Assembly (NCBI GenBank): GCA_903930455.1
Contig: CAIYYT010000235.1
Location: forward strand, 771 to 64,770
Length of the DNA: 64,000 bases
Direction of reading: 5' to 3'
DNA from: an uncultured bacterium
GTDB lineage: Bacteria; Zixibacteria; MSB-5A5; CAIYYT01
Shown: piece after piece, positions 18,441-28,305 of the stretch
Numbering within the stretch: the first letter of the stretch is position 1
How the letters are laid out: each line of letters begins with the position of its first letter
The notes under the pieces: model-generated
The model's input: the letters and a program-made list of their open reading frames with translations, nothing else
What the model was told of the DNA's origin: nothing
Database searches by the model: none
Position numbers and translations under genes: made by a program

Positions 18441-18671
18441 ATGTAGGACATTCGTGGGTTCTGTCAATCGAATTTTCGTACTTTCTGCGAAAGTTTCTCC
18501 TAAAAGATACGTTACAGATGGCAGTCTCTCAACTTCATTGAATTCCGCGGGGCAACTTTTCCATCCTTTTCAATGACCGACGAGTTCGTTTACTCTCAAT
18601 TGAGTTCGAGTAATCTCCCGTTTGTATCACTCGCCCCAATTTGATCTAAGGTTCTCTAAGGTCCCAACCCT

Positions 18672-20462
18672 ATGCAAAGAGCCATTGTCTATTGCCGTGT
18701 CTCGACCGAAGAGCAAGCCGAGGACGGTCACCACTCGCTCGCCGCGCAAGAGTCGCTCTGCCGACGCTGCGCTTCTGAAAAGCAATTTGAGATTGTTGAA
18801 GTTTTCCGCGATCCCGGCAAGAGCGCTACTACGATGAACCGGCCAGGACTGCAAGACGCGCTTGCTCGCTGCCAGTCGGATCATTCTATCAAGGCCGTCT
18901 TCGTACAAGACACAGATCGGCTTGCTCGAAATACAAAGGATCATCTCACTATTCGAGCAATGCTCAAGAAGCACGACGTGCGACTCATTTCGGTATCACA
19001 ACCAATGCTTGAAGATAGCGCCGAAGGCATGATGATTGACACTATCATCGCGAGCGTGAATCAGTTTCAATCTGATATCACTTCCCGCAAGACCATGAAA
19101 GGGCTTGAGGAAAAAGTCAGAAACGGCGGCTGGCCAGCGCTCGCTCCAGTAGGCTACAAGAATGTTGGCGTGGGACCTGAGGGCCAATCCCGAATCGTTG
19201 TCGTTGACAATGAATCGGCTCCTCTCGTGCAAAAACTGTTCCGATCGTATGCAACCGGTAACTATTCCGCGCGAGAACTTAATGACATCTTCTACAAACA
19301 AGGTCTCCGGTCCCGAACCGGAAGGAAGCTCCAAGACAGCAAGATCTTCGACATGCTTGAAAACAAATTCTATCTTGGTGAGGTACGCTGGGGCGGAATC
19401 GTCGCCAAAGGACAACATGAACCATTGATTGATGCCAGTCTATTCGCGGCTGTAAAGGCGGTCTTGATGGCACACGGTGGTAACAGAAGTAGAAAGCGAA
19501 AGCACGATTTCCTACTCCGTGGCTATCTCTTCTGCGGCAGTTGCGGCGGGCGGCTAATTGGCGAGAAGCATATTCTGAAGGGAGTAGCCTACTATCGTTG
19601 TCACAAGCGCGGCGGCTGTGAACCGTTGTGTTCAGCCCCTGAACTGGAATCAGAAGTTGCTGACCTATTCAGTCATTTGCAGCCTTCTCCTGGGCTCCTC
19701 AAGGCAACGGAGACAGCCTTGCGGGCACGCGCTAATGCTCATAAGAGTAACTTTGAAGCCGAGCGATCTTCGCTTCTGAAGCGAAAAGCTGTTGTTGATA
19801 CAAAGCTGCACAAGCTGGAAAGCAAATGGCTTGACGGGCTTCTTGATGATGCTGATTTCAAGAGGCTCCGCGTCGATCTTAAGAAACTGCAATCGGATAT
19901 GGAGAACCAAATTGCTGGTATGGAATCGAAAAGATCACTGGACTATGATGCCCTCGCAGAAGTTGTTGCCTTCGCACGCGATCTTGGGAACTCATACTCA
20001 AGAATCCCAGATCATCTCAAGAGATTGTTGCTGAAGTTTGCTTGGGAAAGACTTGAGGTTGCCAATAGGCAAATCACAGTGGCTCTCCCGACGATGCTGT
20101 TCCGTAGTCTTAGCAATTTTGAGGAAGGCTCTCCTCGGGGAACACAGAAACCCGTCCAATATGAACGGGCTTCTATGCAAGGGGGTGACTGTCACCCCAC
20201 ACGGTTCCCAATGAACCAAGACTTGGTTCGATTAGGCACCGAGTGGGGTCGCAAGCCAACACATAATCGTCCAGAGAAAACGCAAGAAGTTCCTTTTGCA
20301 GGCAACATTTCCGACCTCATGCAGCTCCTTGATTCTGATCCAGGCTACATTCAGCATGTCCTGACTCTCTTTGCGGAGATTCGGGATGGGATGAAGGCGT
20401 GGAAGGAAGGTTTGAATTCTTCCGATCCTGTCTCTGTCGATGCCAAATCCATTGCTCGATGA
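18672..20462 (+). CDS. Large serine recombinase (resolvase/invertase N-terminal domain, recombinase domain and zinc ribbon)
   Basis: Catalytic N-terminus AIVYCRVSTEEQ, a recombinase domain, and a zinc-ribbon (YLFCGSCGG...YYRCHKRGGC) followed by a coiled-coil. Confidence 0.85.
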   Translation: MQRAIVYCRVSTEEQAEDGHHSLAAQESLCRRCASEKQFEIVEVFRDPGKSATTMNRPGLQDALARCQSDHSIKAVFVQDTDRLARNTKDHLTIRAMLKKHDVRLISVSQPMLEDSAEGMMIDTIIASVNQFQSDITSRKTMKGLEEKVRNGGWPALAPVGYKNVGVGPEGQSRIVVVDNESAPLVQKLFRSYATGNYSARELNDIFYKQGLRSRTGRKLQDSKIFDMLENKFYLGEVRWGGIVAKGQHEPLIDASLFAAVKAVLMAHGGNRSRKRKHDFLLRGYLFCGSCGGRLIGEKHILKGVAYYRCHKRGGCEPLCSAPELESEVADLFSHLQPSPGLLKATETALRARANAHKSNFEAERSSLLKRKAVVDTKLHKLESKWLDGLLDDADFKRLRVDLKKLQSDMENQIAGMESKRSLDYDALAEVVAFARDLGNSYSRIPDHLKRLLLKFAWERLEVANRQITVALPTMLFRSLSNFEEGSPRGTQKPVQYERASMQGGDCHPTRFPMNQDLVRLGTEWGRKPTHNRPEKTQEVPFAGNISDLMQLLDSDPGYIQHVLTLFAEIRDGMKAWKEGLNSSDPVSVDAKSIAR

Positions 20463-20652
20463 TATCGGCCAACTGCTCTGCCCCGCGTTGGAGGATTGAC
20501 TCATCAGATTCGATGTTCTCAATTCCCAGCATGTGGGGATTGTAACCAACGCTCGAATATTTGAAAGGGAGGAATAGTTACCGATTGAGGCAAGTGATGG
20601 GGATAACAAAGGGTTTGACGGAATTTCTCCTCTTCGCTACCCTAAGTAAGCT

Positions 20653-20904
20653 ATGCTCACAAGTGAAGACATAAAAAATATCGTTGCGGCGGAGCGTGAA
20701 GTCTTCGCGACTAGGGCTGACCTCGAACAGGTCGGAGAGAACCTGCGCGCCGACTTCGCTAAGCTCATGGAGTCTGTTGATGCCTATAGCAAGAAGGCCG
20801 ATACATTCTTCCAGGAACTCGTAGTCGCTACGCACCGCATCGACCGCCACGATAAGTGGATTCACAAGATCGCCGAGAAACTCGGGGTGGCCTTGGAATA
20901 CTAA
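20653..20904 (+). CDS. Hypothetical small protein (83 aa)
   Basis: ORF only. Confidence 0.35.
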   Translation: MLTSEDIKNIVAAEREVFATRADLEQVGENLRADFAKLMESVDAYSKKADTFFQELVVATHRIDRHDKWIHKIAEKLGVALEY

Positions 20905-20909
20905 GGTAG

Positions 20910-21164
20910 TCAGTAGGCCCAGCGCGTGGGACATGGATGGAAGTCAGGGTAACGTCTAGCCGGCAGCTTCGCCATCTGTTTGCGAACCTCTTTTCGGATT
21001 TCTTTGAATTGCTCCAAGAAAAGGATTTCTACGGGACAGCCGAGGGCGGCGGAAATGGCCAAAGCTGATTCGAGTAGCGGTGTGACATTGCCATGTTCCC
21101 ACTTGCTAACGGAAATTTGCCCTCGACCCACAATCGAAGCGAGTTCCGTGGAGCGGAGGAACAT
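20910..21164 (-). CDS. XRE-family HTH transcriptional regulator (paralogue of 15364-15645)
   Basis: LASIVGRGQISVSKWEHGNVTPLLESALAISAALGCPVEILF shares the CPVEILF tail with the other copy. Confidence 0.65.
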   Translation of the reverse strand: MFLRSTELASIVGRGQISVSKWEHGNVTPLLESALAISAALGCPVEILFLEQFKEIRKEVRKQMAKLPARRYPDFHPCPTRWAY

Positions 21165-21268
21165 GCGGCGACGATAGCACTTGATAGAGTTCGGGAAACA
21201 CCTGTTGGTCGTACGAAGCATAATTATAGAGTATTCGTTAATTCGAGATCACTGACGGGCCTGGTGAT

Positions 21269-22222
21269 TCATCTCACACGTCCAGTAGAAAGAAACAGTT
21301 GGAGATGCGTAGCGAAGTCCCAAACAGCTAAACGGTCTTCAGTGTTCATCCCAAGTGTCTTGAAGACGATGACCTCTGTGAGGTCCTCGAAGAATCTCAT
21401 ATATTCATCAACTCCCCAATCAAGCGAGGCATAAGGACTACTCACTGGGAGCAACTTCATCCAGGGTTCCGCGTACGGTCGGTCAATGGGTAGCTGCCCG
21501 TTGTGCGCAAGCTGATTCCGAAGCACATAGAGAATATTCTTGGATAGTCCGTTTTCCTTGTGAGTAAGAAAGATGGTCTTATTAATCGCGCCAGGCCAAA
21601 AGTGTTCCAGAAGTTTGGCTACGATTTCGTGAAGATTGTTGCTTTCTTTCTGAAATATCCTCGTATAAAGAAATTCCCAAATGACAAAATAAGCAAGTAC
21701 GCGCGATTCGGAGTTACCAACGTTGCTCGAATTGAGGAGCATCCTGATATGAAACCCATTCTTGAACTTAGCGCACCACGCTTGATCTTGCAGCATACCA
21801 ATTGCGTCAGAACAATCTTCGGCCAACTGTCGCTTGTCGTGGCTCACCATACGAAGGTGGTTTGCTGCTGCGACGGGAAAATCTCGATCCTCCCACCGCC
21901 TGGAATGCAATACCCAGTTAGCACCTGTTAGTACAGACCCAATCATGAGTATGTCGTGCAGTAACTTGGCCTTTCTATATTTGTCTGGAGCCCAGTAATA
22001 GCGACGGTTACAGTTAATAATCGCATCCTGCTGCTTACCGTGCCAGACTACATAGGCGTTTCGTCTGATCTTACGATTGTCGCGAGAGGCCATTATCGAT
22101 GTGTAGACGCGTCCAGATTGTTCTGGCTTGGCAAGGGAATGAAAGGTGTATCCGACAACAGAAAACGGTTGAAAGAAAGAGTTACTGCTGCCGACTAGTA
22201 CATTACACAAGTATTGTTTCAT
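21269..22222 (-). CDS. Hypothetical protein, possible Abi/HEPN-like
   Basis: LRNQLAHNG gives an Rx4H HEPN-type motif. It lies adjacent to an XRE regulator. Weak, motif-level only. Confidence 0.3.
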   Translation of the reverse strand: MKQYLCNVLVGSSNSFFQPFSVVGYTFHSLAKPEQSGRVYTSIMASRDNRKIRRNAYVVWHGKQQDAIINCNRRYYWAPDKYRKAKLLHDILMIGSVLTGANWVLHSRRWEDRDFPVAAANHLRMVSHDKRQLAEDCSDAIGMLQDQAWCAKFKNGFHIRMLLNSSNVGNSESRVLAYFVIWEFLYTRIFQKESNNLHEIVAKLLEHFWPGAINKTIFLTHKENGLSKNILYVLRNQLAHNGQLPIDRPYAEPWMKLLPVSSPYASLDWGVDEYMRFFEDLTEVIVFKTLGMNTEDRLAVWDFATHLQLFLSTGRVR

Positions 22223-22693
22223 AGCCGAGTCCGATTAGTTGGATGACTGAAACCTCTATAATATAATAGGTTAAGAATTAGCTGACCGCATTTGCAGGTA
22301 TTATTCTCTCCTTGTTTTTGAAACAAATCAAGCTCCACATTGAAGCTTGTATTCAGAAAGTAATACCCAATTGACACGATCTGCAACAGGAGTACGTCTA
22401 GATCGCAGAGAGAAATTGTTGTGAAGGAAGGAAATAACACCAATATATTATGTTGGTATTAGTCGATAGGGACTGACAACCGAGGCTCTCCACGAGGAGA
22501 TCAAGTCCGGCACCAGCAAGGGATGTGGCAAATGCTCATCAACCTAGTAGCGGTAAGAGGCCTCCGCTGTCTCGACACTTCCCGTGGACCACTGGAGTTA
22601 AGTATCCCTGACGGCCATCGGCCTGGCAGCGAGTACTAGTCATAATTGACTATGAGAATGGCATTTGTATATTAACTTGGAAGCGGAGGAGCA

Positions 22694-23536
22694 ATGTTGA
22701 GGAAGCCAAAGTTAGCAGTCACGATGAAAAGGAAATTGCTGCAGATCTTAGTGGCGATTGCGAAGCGTTGGAAGGAAATCTCACTGTTGATATGCGTTCT
22801 GGGTGCTCTGCTCAGCTACGCGATACCACCCTTGAGAAAGCATACTAATGCATTCCTCGTGCTTTGCGCAATTGTGGTCGTGCAATTGGTCCTCGATATT
22901 AGGCAAATTGTCTCGAAATCACCGTTGCCCGCGAAGTATACTTCCTTACATGAGGCGATTACAGACATTGACACGGCTATGAGAAAGGCGATGGCTAAGA
23001 AACGCAAGAAGCCATTAGAAATTCGTATAGTTGCAGGACGCACGATGACCGTTGCAAACATGCTGAAGACACTGGGCGAGGATGTAAGAGTCGGCAGGCT
23101 TCTTTGCCGAGAAACGAAGGTCATGCTGTTTTGTGTGGATCCAAGCTTTGCAATGAATCTGGATTTGTCGATTGTAAGAGATAAGGATGCATTCCAAAGG
23201 AATATGGGCATCTACGCGGCCACAATCGAATCCAATTGTAAGACGCTGGCGCAATTCAACTTGGACGAAGAGTGCAAGAGACAGGGACTCTCTTTTGAGG
23301 TCGTCCATTACAAATTTATGCCGACGTTTTTCTCATTTCTAATTGGGAATGAGTTGTTGTATTGGGGAAGCTATACGTGGGATGATGTTCGCCAAGACTT
23401 TGATGGGCCAATTAACCCCTGCTTTCGAGTTGACCACAGCAACGAATTCTTTGTGGACACTTACGAATGGCAGTATAATAGAACTGAGTTTTTGTGGTCG
23501 CTTGCCAAAAGAGAAGAAGAAACGCTCAGTGCATAG
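22694..23536 (+). CDS. 2TM membrane protein with C-terminal soluble domain (distant paralogue of 11119-11892)
   Basis: Two N-terminal TM helices. The soluble domain shares the spacing of hydrophobic/Gly/Asp-Pro patterns with the first copy. Confidence 0.5.
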   Translation: MLRKPKLAVTMKRKLLQILVAIAKRWKEISLLICVLGALLSYAIPPLRKHTNAFLVLCAIVVVQLVLDIRQIVSKSPLPAKYTSLHEAITDIDTAMRKAMAKKRKKPLEIRIVAGRTMTVANMLKTLGEDVRVGRLLCRETKVMLFCVDPSFAMNLDLSIVRDKDAFQRNMGIYAATIESNCKTLAQFNLDEECKRQGLSFEVVHYKFMPTFFSFLIGNELLYWGSYTWDDVRQDFDGPINPCFRVDHSNEFFVDTYEWQYNRTEFLWSLAKREEETLSA

Positions 23537-23553
23537 AATTCGAATCCACCTAT

Positions 23554-24471
23554 ATGACAGGTAAAATCGACTTGAGATCAGTCTTACCCTACGACTCTTC
23601 AAGCCAACGTCGATTCCGCTCATCAACCGGAATCGAAAAGGCTGCAGTCGGGAGCACCTACTGGCAGAGTCGTGCTAAACACTACGAGGAATACTCCTCT
23701 TGGTGTCGAGATCTTGGTCTTTTTGCCAAATGCACAGAACCTTTGAAAAGCTTGGGTGAAGCATCTCGATGCCTCGATCTCGGAGGAGGAACTGGTTGGG
23801 TCGCGCGTCATGACAATGAACTGACGGGTCGACAATGGACCGTCTTGGATCAGTGCGCAGACTATGGGAAGTACATTCGCCCCCCAATCACTTTTGTGGT
23901 CGGTGATGCGCACAGAACACGATTTCCGAATTCTTCTTTCGATTTCATACTAGCGAGGTCACTCCTTCACTATGTGGACTGCCCACGCGTACTTGCAGAA
24001 GCTCGTCGACTTCTTTGCTCAAAAGGAACACTAGTCGTTGCACAGAAGATATTAGCGTACAGGGGAAGCGAGTCTGAATGGTTCAGCGAACTTGATCGGC
24101 TGAAGCGCCCCGAACCCACGAAGGCTTGGAGTGCTAAGCAACTCTTGATTGCTATTACCTCGGCAGGATACATTCTTCACAAAGTATCATTCTTGACAAT
24201 GCCTCGCAAAATAATGGTACGAGAGTGGTTCGAATCCGGCGGTAAGCTCTCAAACCCCAATCAACATAGGATAAACAAACTATTCCGTACGGCTCCGAAA
24301 TCGGTAAGAAATTACCTGAAATTGAACTTCACTGACGACGAAATATCTTATCTGGAACAATGGATGGTAGTTGCCTGTCAGCCATTGACTAGCGAAGCCG
24401 TATACAAGGCTACTAAGAGTAGACTTCCTCGCGGGCGCACGCACGGCGTATTGCATGGGCTGCAACTGTAA
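23554..24471 (+). CDS. Class I SAM-dependent methyltransferase
   Basis: Motif I is CLDLGGGTGWV and the post-I acidic residue VLDQ. Motif IV-like is FDFILARSLLHYV. Confidence 0.7.
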   Translation: MTGKIDLRSVLPYDSSSQRRFRSSTGIEKAAVGSTYWQSRAKHYEEYSSWCRDLGLFAKCTEPLKSLGEASRCLDLGGGTGWVARHDNELTGRQWTVLDQCADYGKYIRPPITFVVGDAHRTRFPNSSFDFILARSLLHYVDCPRVLAEARRLLCSKGTLVVAQKILAYRGSESEWFSELDRLKRPEPTKAWSAKQLLIAITSAGYILHKVSFLTMPRKIMVREWFESGGKLSNPNQHRINKLFRTAPKSVRNYLKLNFTDDEISYLEQWMVVACQPLTSEAVYKATKSRLPRGRTHGVLHGLQL

Positions 24472-24582
24472 TGCTTCTGGCAATAGTGGCATTGCTTTCG
24501 CTCGCTTGACTGGTGACGATGCCCCGGTTGATCTGTCAGTTGTGTTGTGGAAAAAACCAGACGTCTCCATTGCGTTGTCACC

Positions 24583-26124
24583 TCACCGCGCGGTGTAAGA
24601 TAAATGAATGTCTGCAGTAACCTGCTTACCCGACAGAATCGCGTCTCGGTTATCAAAGATGAGGTAGTACTTCGCCGGTTTCGGGAATTTGTAGTCGAGG
24701 TCAAAGAGCGTCACCTTGTCGGAACCAAAGAGCTCGGTAGCCTTGTTGCCATTCGCCCAATTCACGTAGTTCACCTCGTCCATGATGTGGAATTTGATGT
24801 CGTTGCGTGAGCCTCCGGAAGCGAGGAATCTTCCTTTTAGCGTCGGGTTCTTGGTTGTCGCCTGAGCGAGGTCCAATATCCGTGCCACGTATTGTCCGGC
24901 TCCGATATTCATGGATTCCACCCAGACCGGCATCGTGAGCTGCGGCGGCGGCAAAGCAGACACGTAATTCTTGATCCAGTCGAACTGATCGGCGTCTACA
25001 GTCAAGCCATCTGCATCGATTTCGGACAACTCAACCGAAACGTTCTCCTGTCGCTCACTGGGTTTCGGGTGCGTAGCTCCCCATTGGTCGAGAGTACTAC
25101 CGCTTGATCCTGGAAGCTTCTTGAAGGTGTCGAATAGGGTGAGCATACCGTGGGGATCAAATCCAGCCTGATACATATTGTAGAAGCCAAGGAGGTCTGC
25201 TTCCCGTTCATCATCGCGGCTGTACTTCATCAGGGCAAAGAACGCAACTGCACCCCCAGCTTCCTTAAGGCTCTGCACCCATCTGTTGTGAGCCTGGTTG
25301 AGAAGGATGCCGCTTGCTTCGATGATGCCCGTGTAGAGGAGTCGCTTGGAGAGCTGCTGGCTCGTATGGTTCCCGACGTTGTGCCCGATCTCATGAGCCA
25401 GAACTCCTGCAAGCTCAGCCTCTGATCCAAGCTTTTCCAGGAGACCTCGGTAGATGAATATCATGCCACCGCCAACGGTGAAAGCGTTGACCTCGTCGCT
25501 ATTGATGGCTTTGCAGGCATAGACGGTTCCGGGTTGCTTGCTGAACTTGCCGATGTACTTGGTTAGGCTGTCCAGGTAGCCATCAACGATGGGATTGCTG
25601 AGCATTGGTGCCTGTTGCTCGATTTCGGCGGCGCTGACTTCTGCCAGTTGAAAGATCGTGGAGGAATCCAACAAGTTGAATCCCGATGCGTAGTCGAGAC
25701 GGTCAACGTTCAATACACTTGGGTTGAAGCAGAAAGACTTGATTGAAGCAACGGGAATAGATCGCTTGTCTCCGCGTACGGTCGAGCTCACCTGAAACTT
25801 TTTGCGATCCATCTTTGAAATCAGGGCCGGAATTTCTGAGCCGCTTCTGTATCGAATTCGGTCGCCAGCTATTGAGTCGGTTGGACAATTGCAGTCCAAC
25901 AAAGTAGTATCGAACGCAATCGACGAGATCTTGGCAATACGCCACGTCTCTTTTTGATCATTGCTTTTGAATTCAAACCGGAATTTCTTGTCGTCGTATT
26001 TGATGAATTCGTAGACACCGCTAATGTTGTCTCTGAAGGACACTCGTACAAACAATTTGTCCTTCGCAGCACAGTGATTCGCAGCAGAGACAAGAACTAG
26101 CCCTATGATTATTGGGATTCGCAT
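24583..26124 (-). CDS. M48-family zinc metallopeptidase (secreted/periplasmic)
   Basis: Signal peptide MRIPIIIGLVLVSAANHCAA. HEIGHNVGNH HExxH motif and downstream SRDDEREADLLG (Glu ligand). Confidence 0.75.
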   Translation of the reverse strand: MRIPIIIGLVLVSAANHCAAKDKLFVRVSFRDNISGVYEFIKYDDKKFRFEFKSNDQKETWRIAKISSIAFDTTLLDCNCPTDSIAGDRIRYRSGSEIPALISKMDRKKFQVSSTVRGDKRSIPVASIKSFCFNPSVLNVDRLDYASGFNLLDSSTIFQLAEVSAAEIEQQAPMLSNPIVDGYLDSLTKYIGKFSKQPGTVYACKAINSDEVNAFTVGGGMIFIYRGLLEKLGSEAELAGVLAHEIGHNVGNHTSQQLSKRLLYTGIIEASGILLNQAHNRWVQSLKEAGGAVAFFALMKYSRDDEREADLLGFYNMYQAGFDPHGMLTLFDTFKKLPGSSGSTLDQWGATHPKPSERQENVSVELSEIDADGLTVDADQFDWIKNYVSALPPPQLTMPVWVESMNIGAGQYVARILDLAQATTKNPTLKGRFLASGGSRNDIKFHIMDEVNYVNWANGNKATELFGSDKVTLFDLDYKFPKPAKYYLIFDNRDAILSGKQVTADIHLSYTAR

Positions 26125-26232
26125 GCTGTTATACTCCCCTAGATTGGTATATGATCTTCCCACGACAAAGTGTCGTAAGTCAGGAGCCCTGGCCTCTTGA
26201 CCTACAAGACCGTACTATCAATCCACCTCCAG

Positions 26233-26751
26233 TCATCCGCCATATGTAAAGAACCACGCCTGTAGCTTCTTGTCCGGCCCTATGCCACAAATGCAGTGGC
26301 CGCCATATTTGTTTCTGAGGAGTTCACCATATATGAAGTAAGTTGGCGGATTATCCGCTACAACTGGTATGATAAGAACCGTGCCAGTGTCAGGTTGGAT
26401 TAAGCCGTTCTTGTTTCGTTGCAAGTCCGACAGAAGGTAGATTTTCGTGTAATCAAGATTCACGCCTTGAAAGACTATTCTCCCATTCGCCTTAAGCACT
26501 GGCCACGTGACCGCATCCCCTAAACGCTCAGTTCCCTTGAACCCCCCATTGTGCTGCGGAATTAGACCAAGAAACTCTGATTCGGCTTGGTAGTCGAAAC
26601 CCTGAAGGAGAACATACGGCTCGCCCGGGTTCTTTACAAATACTCCGACCATTGGCGGTGGTCCGTCCCCGCAGCCAAGTATTGTAGCAGTCAGGATCGC
26701 AGCCGCCAGAAGGCTTGTGCTGCTTCGACAAGATATGAGTAAACGTAGCAT
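26233..26751 (-). CDS. Lipoprotein, hypothetical
   Basis: Lipobox LLAAAILTATILGCG. Confidence 0.55.
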   Translation of the reverse strand: MLRLLISCRSSTSLLAAAILTATILGCGDGPPPMVGVFVKNPGEPYVLLQGFDYQAESEFLGLIPQHNGGFKGTERLGDAVTWPVLKANGRIVFQGVNLDYTKIYLLSDLQRNKNGLIQPDTGTVLIIPVVADNPPTYFIYGELLRNKYGGHCICGIGPDKKLQAWFFTYGG

Positions 26752-27000
26752 AGCTCACCCTCCATATGGCGTTTTCGGCGGTTTAACCTTCCCACGAAAG
26801 CGTGGACACATGCACAAAATAGGAAGCCGCTTTTTCGAAGTCAAGCGGGCTTTTGTAGCCCTACGTCATAGATCAGCAGTCCTGTGTTCTTGACCTCAAA
26901 ACACCATCGCCAAAGATGATTTTATGATCTCGTCAAAATTGTGAGTAGGATAGGTGTGAGAATTCACGGATACCGCCTCACCATTGAATTCACTTAGCAT

Positions 27001-27276
27001 TTATCGGGGATCTCGCTGCCCACGTGGAAATCTCCACGGATCGATTACCCATGGCATGAGATCCGCCTTCATGGTGTTGCAGCGTACGCACGCAGGTACG
27101 AGGTTTCTCAACTGGTCAGCGCCGTTCCTAGAAAACGGAATGAAGTGGTCAATATGCCATGCTCCTCGTGCGCCAACTCTGCCGTGATTCTGAAACGACA
27201 GCCGCTTGCCACAGTAATAACAGTACCCGTTTGTCCGGTCGTACACCAGGTTGATCTCAATCTCACGTTCGGTCAC
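27001..27276 (-). CDS. HNH endonuclease
   Basis: CYYCGKRL...HIDHFIPFSRNG...NLVPACVRCNTMK (C-x2-C...H-N...H...C-x2-C). Confidence 0.8.
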   Translation of the reverse strand: MTEREIEINLVYDRTNGYCYYCGKRLSFQNHGRVGARGAWHIDHFIPFSRNGADQLRNLVPACVRCNTMKADLMPWVIDPWRFPRGQRDPR

Positions 27277-27470
27277 GTTTTCTCTCCTATCGTCAGCACA
27301 CAGGGAAGTTGGACAGTGCTTTTCTCCTAATCAAGGTAATAAAGCGCGCGGCGGTGAAAAGTTGGTATAGCTCATTATTCCAAATCGTTGCCGGATTCTG
27401 AGCAGTTGCTGCCTTTGTGAGAGCGTAGCTTGAGGCTCTCTCGTCGGGATGGATTTTTCCGAACGTTCGG

Positions 27471-28301
27471 TTACTCGGGAAATATCTTAGTGAGAAGCTC
27501 CCGCAACTCCAACAGAACGCTTTCGAATGTTGGCAGATTGTCAACTTGATGCGCCAATCCGCGCTCCCAGAACGGGGCTGCTTCATTGACCCGATCAGGC
27601 GCAAAGAAATCCTCGACGACAGGGAGTGTTATTTCTTTGAATTCACATTTCTTTTCCAATATACCGAGCGTGTCATCGATGACAATGTCTTTCTTGTGCT
27701 GCTTCAGTAGAATCCAGACGTCATAGTAATCCCGACTCTTCCCGCGCTGGAGGATACTCCTGAGTTTCTCTGCGACAATTTCCTCAAGTGAGTACACTGA
27801 TAGTCGTGCATCGATGTCGTCCGTGTAGTCTCGGTGGACGAGTCTGCTGTTGGATGACGTAATAATCTTCTCGTCGAAAGCGATGTCTACACGAATGTTG
27901 TTCTTCTGGCCACTGGCTTTGCGTAAGGGACCATCGTAGCCAAGCTTGAGCTGCACGCTTGTGAGTGTGTCGCCCGTTTTCGGATACTGCGAATACTCGA
28001 TAACCCGCATTGGAACTCCAAATAGCCGTGTGGCATTTTCAGTTGTCGTCTGAAAGATCGCCTTGATTTTCTTTGGTTTCAAGATAACCCGGGAGGTGAA
28101 ATCCAAATCTTCTGAGAATCGCCACTCTGGGAAGTAGCACTTTTTGAGTGCTGTTCCACCCTTGAAGAGCAAGGACTTTTGCACCTGCTCGCTCTGCGAC
28201 AGAGCCATGAGGGCTTTCGAAAGCACGTAGTCCTTCTCCACGATGCCGGGGTCGATCTTGGCTTGCGCTGCCTTGGTGCGGATTTCCGTAGGGTCGATCA
28301 T
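27471..28301 (-). CDS. AbiEii/AbiGii-family nucleotidyltransferase toxin (type IV TA / abortive infection)
   Basis: EKDYVLSKAL...LFKGGTALKKCY...RFSEDLDF is the DUF1814/AbiEii signature. Confidence 0.75.
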   Translation of the reverse strand: MIDPTEIRTKAAQAKIDPGIVEKDYVLSKALMALSQSEQVQKSLLFKGGTALKKCYFPEWRFSEDLDFTSRVILKPKKIKAIFQTTTENATRLFGVPMRVIEYSQYPKTGDTLTSVQLKLGYDGPLRKASGQKNNIRVDIAFDEKIITSSNSRLVHRDYTDDIDARLSVYSLEEIVAEKLRSILQRGKSRDYYDVWILLKQHKKDIVIDDTLGILEKKCEFKEITLPVVEDFFAPDRVNEAAPFWERGLAHQVDNLPTFESVLLELRELLTKIFPE

Positions 28302-28305
28302 AAAC

